Assembly (NCBI GenBank): GCA_964436305.1
Contig: CAYTCI010000003.1
Coordinates: 22,350 to 86,349 of the forward strand
From: an uncultured Cytophagia bacterium
GTDB lineage: Bacteria > Zhuqueibacterota > Zhuqueibacteria > Residuimicrobiales > Residuimicrobiaceae
Reading direction: 5' to 3'
DNA length: 64,000 bases
Below the pieces are notes generated by a model that saw only the letters and a program-made list of their open reading frames with translations, searched no databases and was not told where the DNA came from. The position numbers were made by a program, and so were the translations under genes. Each line of letters opens with the position of its first letter. Position 1 is the first letter of the stretch. Of the stretch, positions 19,801-28,267 are shown piece after piece.

Positions 19801-20451
19801 AAGGAGGTGGGACCGGTCAATCTCCTCGCTCTCAAGGAGTATGAGCAGGAGAAGGAACGGCTCGAGTTCCTGCAGACCCAGCGCGACGACCTGATCAAGG
19901 CGCGCAAAAATCTGACCGATACCATCGAAATCATCAATACGACGGCCCGGCAGAAATTTCTCGAGACCTTCGAGCAGGTGCAGCGGAATTTTGCCGAGGT
20001 CTTTAGCAAGTTCTTTGCCGGCGGCCGTGCGAGCCTGGTGTTGCAGGAGACCGCTGATCCGCTCGAGTCGGAGATCGACATTCTCGCTACCCCGGGCGGC
20101 AAGAAGCCGGCGGCGTTGACCCTCCTTTCGGGAGGCGAAAAATCGCTGACCGCCATCTCCCTGCTCTTCGCCATCTATCTGGTCAAGCCGAGCCCCTTTT
20201 GCATTTTTGACGAGGTTGATGCCCCGCTCGACGATCAGAATGTCCAGCGCTTCACGCACGCCCTGCGTGAGTTTTCCCAGAACACCCAGTTCATCGTCGT
20301 AACTCACAACAAGCTGACCATGCGTGCAGCCGACCAGCTCTATGGTGTCACGATGGAAGAACAGGGCATCTCCAAACTGGTTTCGGTCCGTTTCGATCCG
20401 ATGAAAAATGACCAACTGGTCCCCGAAGCCGGCGCTGCGCCCGCCAATTAA
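16867..20451 (+). CDS. smc: Chromosome segregation protein SMC
   Basis: GTG start. 1194 aa. Walker A GPNGCGKSN. Long coiled-coil arms with a hinge. C-terminal LSGGEKSLTAISLLFAI and FCIFDEVDAPLD. Confidence 0.95.
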   Translation: MYLSELTIVGFKSFAKKTHLKMHDGITGIVGPNGCGKSNIVDSIRWVMGEQKSGALRSEVMGNVIFNGTATAKPVGMAEVSLKIENTGNTLPIDYAEVIITRRLFRSGESQYLLNGNTCRLKDILDLFMDTGAGPHTYSVIELPQVERILNGKEDERRHIFEEAAGITKYKLRRKATFRKLESTEKDLIRIEDIMSEVEKNVRSLRRQVAKAERYQEIITELRDQEITLANHDFSQILDELEPAETKLGLIKDEREGASSSLASQDADYESTRAQLLDIEKKLLENQRTVSDLAREIQKYEERILVNKERIRSLEEAGARSSQEKELFESRLVELQEKYNATRELLQKAEGHLAEERAAYEKKNEEYQSVRVQFETKRALAREAETQVLRITEELSRKQNEGERLKANEANLSQRIKQLEAEAGREEARAAELTALLTASRGQEAGLVEMLSKGKQRLGEISRREEEAKRLFETLQKTESQERSRIEVLGHQAEMVRRLIDTFEDYPAGVRFLATLKKEGFATHGPLANIIRVENQHRSAIAAALGEAATYLVVEESNMAFNGIGLLREERRGIVTFAPRMEMGESLRERPALSDLGVIGWADELVSCDERFQALVHHVLGPFIVTQDLQTAHRVFAALRGQSYNVVTLSGEVLAHSGFIRGGVLSKNQSDFVGRQEQLGGMLKEIEKLNQAAEARRVQLAQRETEIQENKIEAEKLRKDIQEAEQTLGSLRIQLGRQTFEEQALNESRTKRENEKQRLIGELSQLGHNLELQSLGADDLQTKRQENARKAATLAEEIKGIEQQVDRAAGEARELNVQVARLQSDFEAMRRESEALSRQIAETESLIRSRLEEGQRAAAEIKELGEVNERYSEEVGKQQARRLEVQTVLDELEEQQYQANTRVAEAEKLIRSSRSKFDLLSESAHQVELRVSELKLKVENLQARMWAEFEYKPQRQAVEPDFNAEVVRQQLEALRERIKEVGPVNLLALKEYEQEKERLEFLQTQRDDLIKARKNLTDTIEIINTTARQKFLETFEQVQRNFAEVFSKFFAGGRASLVLQETADPLESEIDILATPGGKKPAALTLLSGGEKSLTAISLLFAIYLVKPSPFCIFDEVDAPLDDQNVQRFTHALREFSQNTQFIVVTHNKLTMRAADQLYGVTMEEQGISKLVSVRFDPMKNDQLVPEAGAAPAN

Positions 20452-20460
20452 GGAGGAGTC

Positions 20461-21909
20461 ATGCGGTTTCAGAGTAAAGCGCGTGCGACTGTGATGCGGA
20501 TTTTTCTCGTCCTGATCGCCCTGCTGGTGCCAGCCGCCGGCCAGGAGACGCAGGAGTCAAAGCCGCAATTCCGTTTCAATCTCGATTATGCCCGGTCGCA
20601 CTATTCGGACAGCCTCACCTATTGTGAGCTCTACGCCGTCGTTCCGCGCAAACAGTTGAGTTATCTGCCCGAGCAGGGGCGCTACAAGGCGGAGTTCAAG
20701 GCCACGGCCGAGGTTTTTGCGCAGGACTCGCTGGTGGCGTCCAAGATCTGGCGGAACGTCAATTACGCCGACAGCCTGGCGGGCATCAGTGGCGAACAGA
20801 GCCTCTTTTGCCTGAATCATTTTGTGCTGGCGGACGGTGAGTATACGATTGCCTTTACGATCGAGGACCTTAACAATCCAGCTGCGAAGGCGAGTTATCG
20901 TTTTCCCATTCAGATCGCGGCTTTCAAGGGGCCCGGACTGCAACTCAGCGATCTCCACGTCAGCGGCTCGATCGTCCGCGATACCACCAACACGCCCTTT
21001 TTCAAGAATGGCTTTCAGGTGACGCCCAATCCCGCGGGATTGTTCGGCCTCGGTCTGCCCATCCTCTACCTCTATTCGGAGGTCTATCACCTGGCCCCGG
21101 CCACGAGTGACAGCGGCGGCAAATACAGCGTCGCCTACAGGATCTACAATGCGGAGGGTCAGGCGGTCAAGGAGGTTGCGCCGCGGTTGCGCACCAAACC
21201 GGGCGATTCCGCCGTCGAGGTGACGGGGATCAATGTGGTCACCCTGGTCTCCGGCGCCTACCGTGTTGCGGAGGAGATCACCGACCTGGAGACGGGGGCC
21301 AGGGCGACAGGAATGCGCAAGTTTTTTGTCTATCGCGAAGGTGATTTCACCGGCGAGGCGGCCGCGCCGCAGCAGCAAAAGCCGGAGGAGTTCAAAAGTG
21401 CGGGCAGCGCCGGTCTCGATGTCCAGCGCTATCTGATGATGAGCGAAAAAGAGATCAATCAGGAGTTTGAGTACACCCGCTATATCTCGACCAAAGAGGA
21501 GCGCAACACCTTCAAAAAGCTCAATCTGCCGGGCAAGCAGGCCTTCATGAAGGAATTCTGGTCCGGGCGCGATCCCAGTCCGGGTACGCCGGAGAATGAA
21601 TACAAGCAGGATTATCTGGCGCGGGTGCAAAAGGCCAACGCCTCTTATCGCGGTTCTTTCCGCGAGGGCTGGCGCACCGACCGCGGCCGCATCCTGCTGG
21701 TCTATGGCGCGCCGGATGAGGTGGAACGCTTTCCGTTCAGCAACGACAACCGCGCTTATGAGATCTGGCACTATTATTCCGTCCAGGGCGGGGTGCAGTT
21801 CTACTTTGTCGACAAGCGGGATACCGGCGACCTCGAGCTGGTCCATTCGACGGCCCGCGGCGAGATCTATGACGAGGATTGGGAACACTGGAAGAATCCC
21901 GGCAATTGA
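20461..21909 (+). CDS. GWxTD domain-containing secreted protein
   Basis: Signal peptide. C-terminal GWRTDRGRILLVYGAPDEVERFP...YEIWHY matches the GWxTD domain signature. Confidence 0.75.
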   Translation: MRFQSKARATVMRIFLVLIALLVPAAGQETQESKPQFRFNLDYARSHYSDSLTYCELYAVVPRKQLSYLPEQGRYKAEFKATAEVFAQDSLVASKIWRNVNYADSLAGISGEQSLFCLNHFVLADGEYTIAFTIEDLNNPAAKASYRFPIQIAAFKGPGLQLSDLHVSGSIVRDTTNTPFFKNGFQVTPNPAGLFGLGLPILYLYSEVYHLAPATSDSGGKYSVAYRIYNAEGQAVKEVAPRLRTKPGDSAVEVTGINVVTLVSGAYRVAEEITDLETGARATGMRKFFVYREGDFTGEAAAPQQQKPEEFKSAGSAGLDVQRYLMMSEKEINQEFEYTRYISTKEERNTFKKLNLPGKQAFMKEFWSGRDPSPGTPENEYKQDYLARVQKANASYRGSFREGWRTDRGRILLVYGAPDEVERFPFSNDNRAYEIWHYYSVQGGVQFYFVDKRDTGDLELVHSTARGEIYDEDWEHWKNPGN

Positions 21910-22766
21910 CCGGCGGCTGGCGCCGCCTGATCGAGCGGCTCAGCGCCTTTTGCGCCCTCTCCCGGCCGCTCAATGTTCTGATCGCCGGCCTCTCGATCTT
22001 TCTGGCCGGCTCGGTGTGCGGCATCGGATCGGCCTGGCGGCAGCTCTTGCTGGCCTGTGCAGTCGGAGCGCTGGTCACCGCGGCGGCTAACGGGATCAAC
22101 GATTATTTCGACCTTGAAATCGACCGGATCAACAAGCCCGCCCGGCCCCTGCCCGCCGGCCGCATCACCAGGCGGGAAGGGTTGCTTTTCGCCGCCGGTT
22201 GTTTTGCCGCCGCGGTGGTTCTGGCTTGCCTGATCCATCCCCTGGCTTTGGCGGTCACCCTGGGCTCCGGCCTGCTGCTCTACTGGTACAGTGCGTGCCT
22301 CAAGCGTACGGTGCTCTGGGGCAACCTGGCGGTGAGTCTGGTGACCGGGCTGGCCTTTCTCTTTGGCGGCATCGCGGTAGGCCGACTGCAGAACGCCTTG
22401 ATCCCGGCGGGTTTCAGCTTTCTGATGCACCTCGGCCGTGAGATCATCAAGGATATGGAGGATGTAGAGGGGGATGCCGCCGGGCAGGCGCGGACGCTGC
22501 CGGTGGTTTATGGCCTCCTTCCTGCACGGCGGCTGGCGACAGTGGTGTTGCTGCTGCTGCTGGCAGTGACCTGGGTGCCCTGGATTCTGGGAATTTACGG
22601 CCTCGGCTATCTGTTGATTTTGCTGGCCGGAGTCCATTCGGTGCTGGTGCTGGTGATCTGGGCGATTTGGCGGCGGCCGGGTCGGGCCACCTGGGGGTGG
22701 ACGAGCACCTTGCTCAAGAGCGACATGCTGGCCGGGTTGTTGGCCATCTATGCCGGGCGCTGGTGA
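21906..22766 (+). CDS. UbiA-family prenyltransferase, DGGGP-synthase-like
   Basis: Polytopic. Asp-rich motifs NGINDYFDLEIDRINKPARPLPAGRIT and KDMEDVEGDAAGQARTLPVV. Start is uncertain: TTG 21906 overlaps the upstream TGA (TTGA); the track start is TTG 21879. Confidence 0.7.
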   Translation: MTGGWRRLIERLSAFCALSRPLNVLIAGLSIFLAGSVCGIGSAWRQLLLACAVGALVTAAANGINDYFDLEIDRINKPARPLPAGRITRREGLLFAAGCFAAAVVLACLIHPLALAVTLGSGLLLYWYSACLKRTVLWGNLAVSLVTGLAFLFGGIAVGRLQNALIPAGFSFLMHLGREIIKDMEDVEGDAAGQARTLPVVYGLLPARRLATVVLLLLLAVTWVPWILGIYGLGYLLILLAGVHSVLVLVIWAIWRRPGRATWGWTSTLLKSDMLAGLLAIYAGRW

Positions 22767-22776
22767 AGGAGTAACC

Positions 22777-23229
22777 ATGCGGGCACTGTTGCAGCGGGTC
22801 ACCCATTCGCGGGTCAGGGTGGGGGACGATGTGATCGGTGAGATCGGCAGCGGCTTGACCATCCTTCTGGGTATCGGCAGCGAGGACACGCCGCAGATCG
22901 CCGAGCGGATGGCGGACAAAATCGCGCATCTGCGGATCTTTGCCGATGCCGCGGGCAAGACCAATCTTTCGGCGGCCGAGACCCATGCGGAGATGCTGGT
23001 CATCTCCCAGTTTACGCTCTACGCCGACCTGCGGCGCGGACGGCGGCCGGGTTTTTCCTATGCGGCGCGTCCCGAGCTCGCGGAACCGCTCTATGAGGTT
23101 TTCGTCGCCGCATTGACCCGGTGGGGCTTCAGGACCGCCAGGGGCCGGTTCGGCGCCGACATGGTGGTGGAACTGGCCAATGACGGTCCCTTTACCCTGC
23201 TGCTTGACAGCAATGAATTTTCGGTCTGA
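22777..23229 (+). CDS. dtd: D-aminoacyl-tRNA deacylase
   Basis: Start reset to ATG 22777 after GAAGGAG. MRALLQRV...GLTILLGI...VSQFTLYAD...GRRPGF...NDGPFTLLLDS is canonical Dtd. Confidence 0.9.
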   Translation: MRALLQRVTHSRVRVGDDVIGEIGSGLTILLGIGSEDTPQIAERMADKIAHLRIFADAAGKTNLSAAETHAEMLVISQFTLYADLRRGRRPGFSYAARPELAEPLYEVFVAALTRWGFRTARGRFGADMVVELANDGPFTLLLDSNEFSV

Positions 23230-23231
23230 TC

Positions 23232-23825
23232 ATGTCCCTTGAAAACCATCTCCCCCATCGTCCCTGCTATCTGGCTTCGCAATCGCCGCGGCGCAAACAG
23301 CTGCTGCAACTGATCGGCCTGAAATTTCACGTCCTCCCCAGCAGTGTGGACGAATCGGCGTGCACCGAAACCGATCCCGCCCGGCATGTGCAGACCCTCG
23401 CTTTGGCCAAGGCCGAGGAGGTCGGGCGCCGGGTGGAGCTGGGTCTGATCGTCGGCGCCGATACCATCGTCGTGCTCGACGATCAGATTCTCGGTAAACC
23501 CGCCGATGAGGAGGAGGCGGTCAGCATGCTTCGGCGCCTGAGCGGGCGCACGCATCAGGTCTATACCGGATTCGCCATTCACTACCAGCCGGAGGGAGAG
23601 AGTATCACCGGTTATGAAGTGACCAATGTGCATTTTCGCGCGCTCGAGGAATGGGAGATCCGCAGTTATGTCGATTCGGGCGGCCCCATGGACAAAGCCG
23701 GCGCCTATGGCATTCAGGATCAGAGTGCCCTCTTCGCCGACCGGATCGAGGGATGTTTTTATAACGTGGTCGGTTTTCCACTGACCCGTTTTTATTTGAC
23801 CTTGCTTAATTTTAACAAAGAGTAG
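23232..23825 (+). CDS. maf: Maf-family nucleoside triphosphate pyrophosphatase
   Basis: LASQSPRRKQLL, GADTIVVLDDQILGKP and AGAYGIQD motifs. Confidence 0.9.
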   Translation: MSLENHLPHRPCYLASQSPRRKQLLQLIGLKFHVLPSSVDESACTETDPARHVQTLALAKAEEVGRRVELGLIVGADTIVVLDDQILGKPADEEEAVSMLRRLSGRTHQVYTGFAIHYQPEGESITGYEVTNVHFRALEEWEIRSYVDSGGPMDKAGAYGIQDQSALFADRIEGCFYNVVGFPLTRFYLTLLNFNKE

Positions 23826-23829
23826 GCCT

Positions 23830-24702
23830 GTGAACGAAGAATTGAAATCCCTGGGTGAGGAAATCGCCCGGCAGCGCCTGGAGAAGGGGCTGACCATCCC
23901 GCAGCTTTCCGCCCGAACCAAGATCGCTGAAGGCTATCTGGAGAAACTGGAACAGGGCGATTTCGCCTTTTTGCCGGTCGTCTATATCCGGGCTTTCATC
24001 CGTGCGGTGGCCAGTGAAATCGGACTGGACCCGGAGGTGATGATGCGACGGTTTGCCGGTGTCCAGGGCGCGGCCGCCCCCGGCAGCACGGCAGGGGCGG
24101 CGGCGGTGCCCTCCGTACCCGACAAGTCCTTCACCCCGCCGGCGGAAAAGAGCCTGCGGCTTGAACCGGAGGAGCGGGGTGAGACCGATGATACCGGCTG
24201 GTTCAAAAGCCCCTTCACTCTGGGACTCATGCTGCTGGTGCTGCTGGCGTTGCTCTATCTCTTCTTTGGCCGAAAACCGGCTGTGGAGCCCAATCCGATG
24301 GAGACCGGGATTTCCGTGGTCGCCCCGCCGGTGGAGAATCCGCCTTTGCGGGACGCTCCGCTGGTGCCCGTGGACGAGCATAACAAGGTGGACAGCACTG
24401 CCATCTCGCGCTTGACCCTGACACTCAAGTCGGAGGAGACCGCCTGGGTTCGCATTGTCTACCAGGACAGTCTGGTCGAGGAGGGGGTCTTTTCGGAGGG
24501 ATTGAGCCGCTCCTGGATCAGCCCGGAAAAATTCTACCTCAAGATCGGCAATGCCGGCGGGATCCGTCTTGCCCTCGACGGCCAGGATCTCGGGTATCCG
24601 GGCAAGAAGGGTCAGGTGGTCACCATCGTCGTCAGCAAAGAGGGGGTTGCTGCACTGGATCCCGCCCAGGCGCCCCCGCTGCTCACCCAGATGCGGCCCT
24701 GA
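23830..24702 (+). CDS. rodZ: RodZ-like cytoskeleton protein (HTH + TM + DUF4115)
   Basis: N-terminal XRE-type HTH (LGEEIARQRLEKGLTIPQLSARTKIAEGYLEKLEQG), a central TM helix and a C-terminal DUF4115-like beta domain (WVRIVYQD...KIGNAGGIRLALDGQDLG). Confidence 0.75.
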   Translation: MNEELKSLGEEIARQRLEKGLTIPQLSARTKIAEGYLEKLEQGDFAFLPVVYIRAFIRAVASEIGLDPEVMMRRFAGVQGAAAPGSTAGAAAVPSVPDKSFTPPAEKSLRLEPEERGETDDTGWFKSPFTLGLMLLVLLALLYLFFGRKPAVEPNPMETGISVVAPPVENPPLRDAPLVPVDEHNKVDSTAISRLTLTLKSEETAWVRIVYQDSLVEEGVFSEGLSRSWISPEKFYLKIGNAGGIRLALDGQDLGYPGKKGQVVTIVVSKEGVAALDPAQAPPLLTQMRP

Positions 24703-24705
24703 GGC

Positions 24706-26136
24706 GTGACCCGTATGATGACCGACAAACCGCAGCGTATCTATTTTCTCGCCATCTGTGGCACGGCGATGGCCTCCCTGGCGGCGATGCTCCGGCGCAA
24801 GGGGCACACGGTCTATGGCTCGGACAGCGGCGTCTACCCGCCGATGAGCGATTTTCTCGCCGAGCAGGGGATTGAGGCCCTCTCGGGTTTTGATCCGGCC
24901 CATCTCGATCCCGCCCCCGATCTGGTCGTGGTGGGCAATGTCATCTCACGCGGCAATGTCGAGATCGAGGAGATCCTCGACCGCCGCATTCCCTATATCT
25001 CGCTGCCGGAGGCTCTGCGCGAATTCTGCATCCGCGGGCACCGCTCGATCGTGGTCACCGGCACCCATGGCAAGACGACCACCACTGCCCTGATCGCCTG
25101 GATCTTTGAGTATGCCAGGCGCGATCCCAATTTTCTCATCGGCGGCATCCCCAACAATTTCGGCCGTGGTTTTCAGGTCGGCCGGGGCGAGGAGATCATC
25201 CTGGAGGGGGATGAGTACGACTCAGCCTACTTCGACAAGGCCGCCAAGTTTCTGCGCTACCTCCCGGACGTCGGCATCATCAACCATATCGAGTTCGATC
25301 ATGCCGATATCTATAACAACCTGGAGGAGATCCTGGTCGCTTTCCGCCGCTTCGTCAATCTGATCCCGCGCAGCGGCCTGCTGGTCAGTTGTGCCGATTA
25401 CGAGACGGTGCGCGGTGTCAGCAGGCGGGCTTTTTGTCCGGTCGAGAGCTTCGGATTCTCGGCTGAGGCTTTGTGGCAGCCGCGCGATCTGGTGGTGACG
25501 GAGAGAGGCATGCGGTTCACCGTCCTGCGCGGCGGCGAGGCGCTGGGCGAGGTGGAGGTCGATCTCCTCGGGGACCATAATGTGCGTAACGTGCTGGCGG
25601 CGATCGCTGTGGCGCGCCACCGCGGGATCGCCTTCCCGGCCATTCAGGCCGCACTGAAAGAGTTTGCCGGCATCCGTCGACGGCTCGAGTTCAAGGGGGA
25701 GGCCGGTGGAGTCGCGGTCTATGATGATTTTGGTCACCATCCCACCGCCATCCTCGAGACCTTGCGGGGTTTCCGCCGCCGCCATCCGGGGAAGCGGATC
25801 TGGGCACTCTTTGAACCGCGTTCCGCAACGACCCGGCGCTCCGTCTTTCAGCGTGAGATGGCCGCGGCCTTTGCCGAGGCTGATGCCGCCCTGATCGCCC
25901 CTGTCGATCGTCCCGATAAAGCCCCGGAAGGGCAGCGCTTTTCAACCGAGACCCTGGCTGCCGATCTGCGCCAAAGGGGGCGCGAGGCCGCGGCGGTGGC
26001 GTCGGTCGATGAGATGCTTGTTTATCTCCTCCGCCAGTTGCGGCCGGGGGATGTGGTTATCTCGTTCAGCAACGGACCCTTTGGCAACATTCATGACCGC
26101 TTGTTGACAGCATTGCAGGAAAAGACGATTCCATAA
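24706..26136 (+). CDS. mpl: UDP-N-acetylmuramate:L-alanyl-gamma-D-glutamyl-meso-DAP ligase (murein peptide ligase)
   Basis: IYFLAICGTAMASLAAMLRRKGHTVYGSD at the N-terminus, GTHGKTTTT P-loop, Mur ligase architecture. Alternative ATG start at 24715. Confidence 0.85.
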   Translation: MTRMMTDKPQRIYFLAICGTAMASLAAMLRRKGHTVYGSDSGVYPPMSDFLAEQGIEALSGFDPAHLDPAPDLVVVGNVISRGNVEIEEILDRRIPYISLPEALREFCIRGHRSIVVTGTHGKTTTTALIAWIFEYARRDPNFLIGGIPNNFGRGFQVGRGEEIILEGDEYDSAYFDKAAKFLRYLPDVGIINHIEFDHADIYNNLEEILVAFRRFVNLIPRSGLLVSCADYETVRGVSRRAFCPVESFGFSAEALWQPRDLVVTERGMRFTVLRGGEALGEVEVDLLGDHNVRNVLAAIAVARHRGIAFPAIQAALKEFAGIRRRLEFKGEAGGVAVYDDFGHHPTAILETLRGFRRRHPGKRIWALFEPRSATTRRSVFQREMAAAFAEADAALIAPVDRPDKAPEGQRFSTETLAADLRQRGREAAAVASVDEMLVYLLRQLRPGDVVISFSNGPFGNIHDRLLTALQEKTIP

Positions 26137-26155
26137 AGGTGAGAGGTCGTACTAC

Positions 26156-26620
26156 ATGGATAGAAGAAACAGAACTCCCCGCGAAGAGCCAAGTCCCAAA
26201 GTGATTGAACTGGTGCGACAGGTCGAAAATGACCTGATGGATGCACTCGCTCCGGTAAGTCTGACCCAACTCGACGCCAGCGAACGACGCCAGGTGCATC
26301 GCCATTTCGATCGCAGTACGGAATATGCCACCAAGACCTACAAGATCAGCGAAAACGAATACGAGCTGCGGGTCTATCCGGTCGGGAATCTTCGCCGGCT
26401 TGCCGAACGCGGGGCTGAACAGGCGATCAAAACCGGGCAGAAGGTGCCCTTGCCGCCCATGAGCAGCTATGAGCGCTTCATCGTCCACGAGGTGCTCAAG
26501 CAGAACGATGCGGTGAAGAGCGTCAGCCATGGCGAGGGGGCAGAACGTCACATCGAGATCGAGCCGGAGCTCTACGGGCGCAGCCTGAAAAAGATGATCA
26601 AAAAGATCAAGCTGATCTGA
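26156..26620 (+). CDS. R3H-domain nucleic-acid-binding protein (Jag-like C-terminal module)
   Basis: 154 aa. LPPMSSYERFIVHEVLK...SHGEGAERHIEI matches the R3H motif. Confidence 0.65.
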   Translation: MDRRNRTPREEPSPKVIELVRQVENDLMDALAPVSLTQLDASERRQVHRHFDRSTEYATKTYKISENEYELRVYPVGNLRRLAERGAEQAIKTGQKVPLPPMSSYERFIVHEVLKQNDAVKSVSHGEGAERHIEIEPELYGRSLKKMIKKIKLI

Positions 26621-26629
26621 AGCCGGGCA

Positions 26630-28267
26630 TCACGCCCGGGACAAGAAGAGGGGATTGGTGAAGCAGCGGTGGAGGATGCCATCGCGCCGGCTGCTCACCT
26701 CGAGGCGGAGATAGCCGCGCGCGGGAAGCGCCGGGGCGGCCTCCTGCCATTCGAACAGCCAGGAACCCGCGGTCGCAATCGGAAGCGACCGGCGGGTTTC
26801 TTTTTTTTCTGCTGTATCGCCGATGCATAAAGTCATGCTTTCGAGTGGGCCGAAGGTGGCGGTCGATTCCGCCCGGACGGACCAGGCGAGCGGCGGCATG
26901 GTGCAGGTATCGCCGAGCGTGAGGACCGCACCTTCGCGGGTGGTGAGTTCGAGCCAGGCAGCGGGGCCGCTGGTGACCAGGCAGCGGCCATCCTTCAGGG
27001 CCTGCAGCAAGGCTGCCGGCGTCAGCCGCCCGGCTGGACGCACGATTCCGGTACGGACCTGGCCGAAAAGATGTTCCTCCTTCTCCTTTAGGGCGAGATG
27101 GGGAAAGGCGATCTGACGCCACCGTCCCCAATCGCCGTGGGCGTCATTGCCGCCGATCAGGACCGGGCGCCGGCCGGAGAGCAGCAGGCGCCGCCAGACG
27201 GCCAGGCCCCGTTCGAGGCTGACGTCTTGGAGGCTGTTCCACATCTGCACGCCATCGAGGCGGGGATGCGCGTAATCCGCGGCGCGCCAGTGATCGCGAC
27301 CGAGCAGGAGGCGCTGCAGCCGCGGCGGGCGCGACTCGGCGTGGCCGGCGAAAGCGAGGCTGGTATCCTGCAGCCGCTCCAGCACCTCGGCGATCCGCCA
27401 CTGCGGGCGGCAGCGCAGCCAGTGCTCCGCCGAGTCACCCCAGCCGGCGAAGAATTCGGGTTCGTTGAGCAGCAGAAAATGGATGTTTCGACCGCGGCTG
27501 TTGCCGGCGGAGAGTTCCTCCCCCGCAAGGATGACCGGCTGCCGGCCTGCCTCGTTCCATCCCCGGGTAAACTCCAGCAGCCAGCGCCACTTGCCCAGCG
27601 CCGCATCCCTCTGCAGGTAGTCATCCCACAGATCGTCGAGATCGTAGGAATGGTCGGTCACCGCGAAAAAGTCGAGCCCCATGGCCGTCGCAGCGGCCGC
27701 CGCTGCTTCGGGCGGGGCGCCGAATTCGACCTGGTCAGCGGTGAGGTGGCTGTGGTAGTGGAGGTCGCCAAAGCACCAGCGGCCGGTGCCGGGCAGCTCC
27801 GCGGCATCATGCCAGAGCTGCAAGGGGGCATGACGGAGCGTGGGATAGTTGTCGACGCGAACCTGGCGCAATCGCCCCGCCTGCCGGCAAAGGAGCATCG
27901 GCGTGACCTGCAGGGCCCCATGGACCGGCGGGAGCGGCAGCGGAAAGGTGCGCCACCAGAGGGATTGGCCGACCCTTTCGCCGCCCAGGGGGATCGACTC
28001 GCTGCGGAGGATATCCTTCCCGCGGGTCATGACGATCCGGATTTCGAGCAGTTCGACGGGATAGCGGTCGGCATCCTTGATCAGCAGCAGCAAGGGCAGC
28101 TCGCGGCCGGGGGCGAGACGATGCGGGAGATCGAAAAGGATTTCGGCGCGCCGGCGGAAATAGCGGCTGGGCAGCCGGCCGATCCGGTAATGGGTCTCGA
28201 CGTAAAGCAGAAAGCCGGTCAGCAGGGTGCCGGCCAGGGTGTGGGGAAGGCTGGCTGGCAGGATCAC
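26630..28267 (-). CDS. Membrane-anchored PHP-domain metallophosphoesterase (CehA/McbA-like); last gene of the operon
   Basis: GTG start overlapping the upstream stop (GTGA at 28264-28267). N-terminal hydrophobic helix. PHP signature FGDLHYHSHLTADQVEFG...GLDFFAVTDHS and a later GGNDAHGD. Confidence 0.7.
   Translation of the reverse strand: MILPASLPHTLAGTLLTGFLLYVETHYRIGRLPSRYFRRRAEILFDLPHRLAPGRELPLLLLIKDADRYPVELLEIRIVMTRGKDILRSESIPLGGERVGQSLWWRTFPLPLPPVHGALQVTPMLLCRQAGRLRQVRVDNYPTLRHAPLQLWHDAAELPGTGRWCFGDLHYHSHLTADQVEFGAPPEAAAAAATAMGLDFFAVTDHSYDLDDLWDDYLQRDAALGKWRWLLEFTRGWNEAGRQPVILAGEELSAGNSRGRNIHFLLLNEPEFFAGWGDSAEHWLRCRPQWRIAEVLERLQDTSLAFAGHAESRPPRLQRLLLGRDHWRAADYAHPRLDGVQMWNSLQDVSLERGLAVWRRLLLSGRRPVLIGGNDAHGDWGRWRQIAFPHLALKEKEEHLFGQVRTGIVRPAGRLTPAALLQALKDGRCLVTSGPAAWLELTTREGAVLTLGDTCTMPPLAWSVRAESTATFGPLESMTLCIGDTAEKKETRRSLPIATAGSWLFEWQEAAPALPARGYLRLEVSSRRDGILHRCFTNPLFLSRA

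Noticed and set aside
26623-26639. Short hairpin CCGGGC-ATCAC-GCCCGG between the convergent R3H and PHP genes as a bidirectional terminator
   Set aside because: The stem is only 6 bp, it overlaps the PHP stop codon, and no U/A tracts flank it. This is too weak to call.
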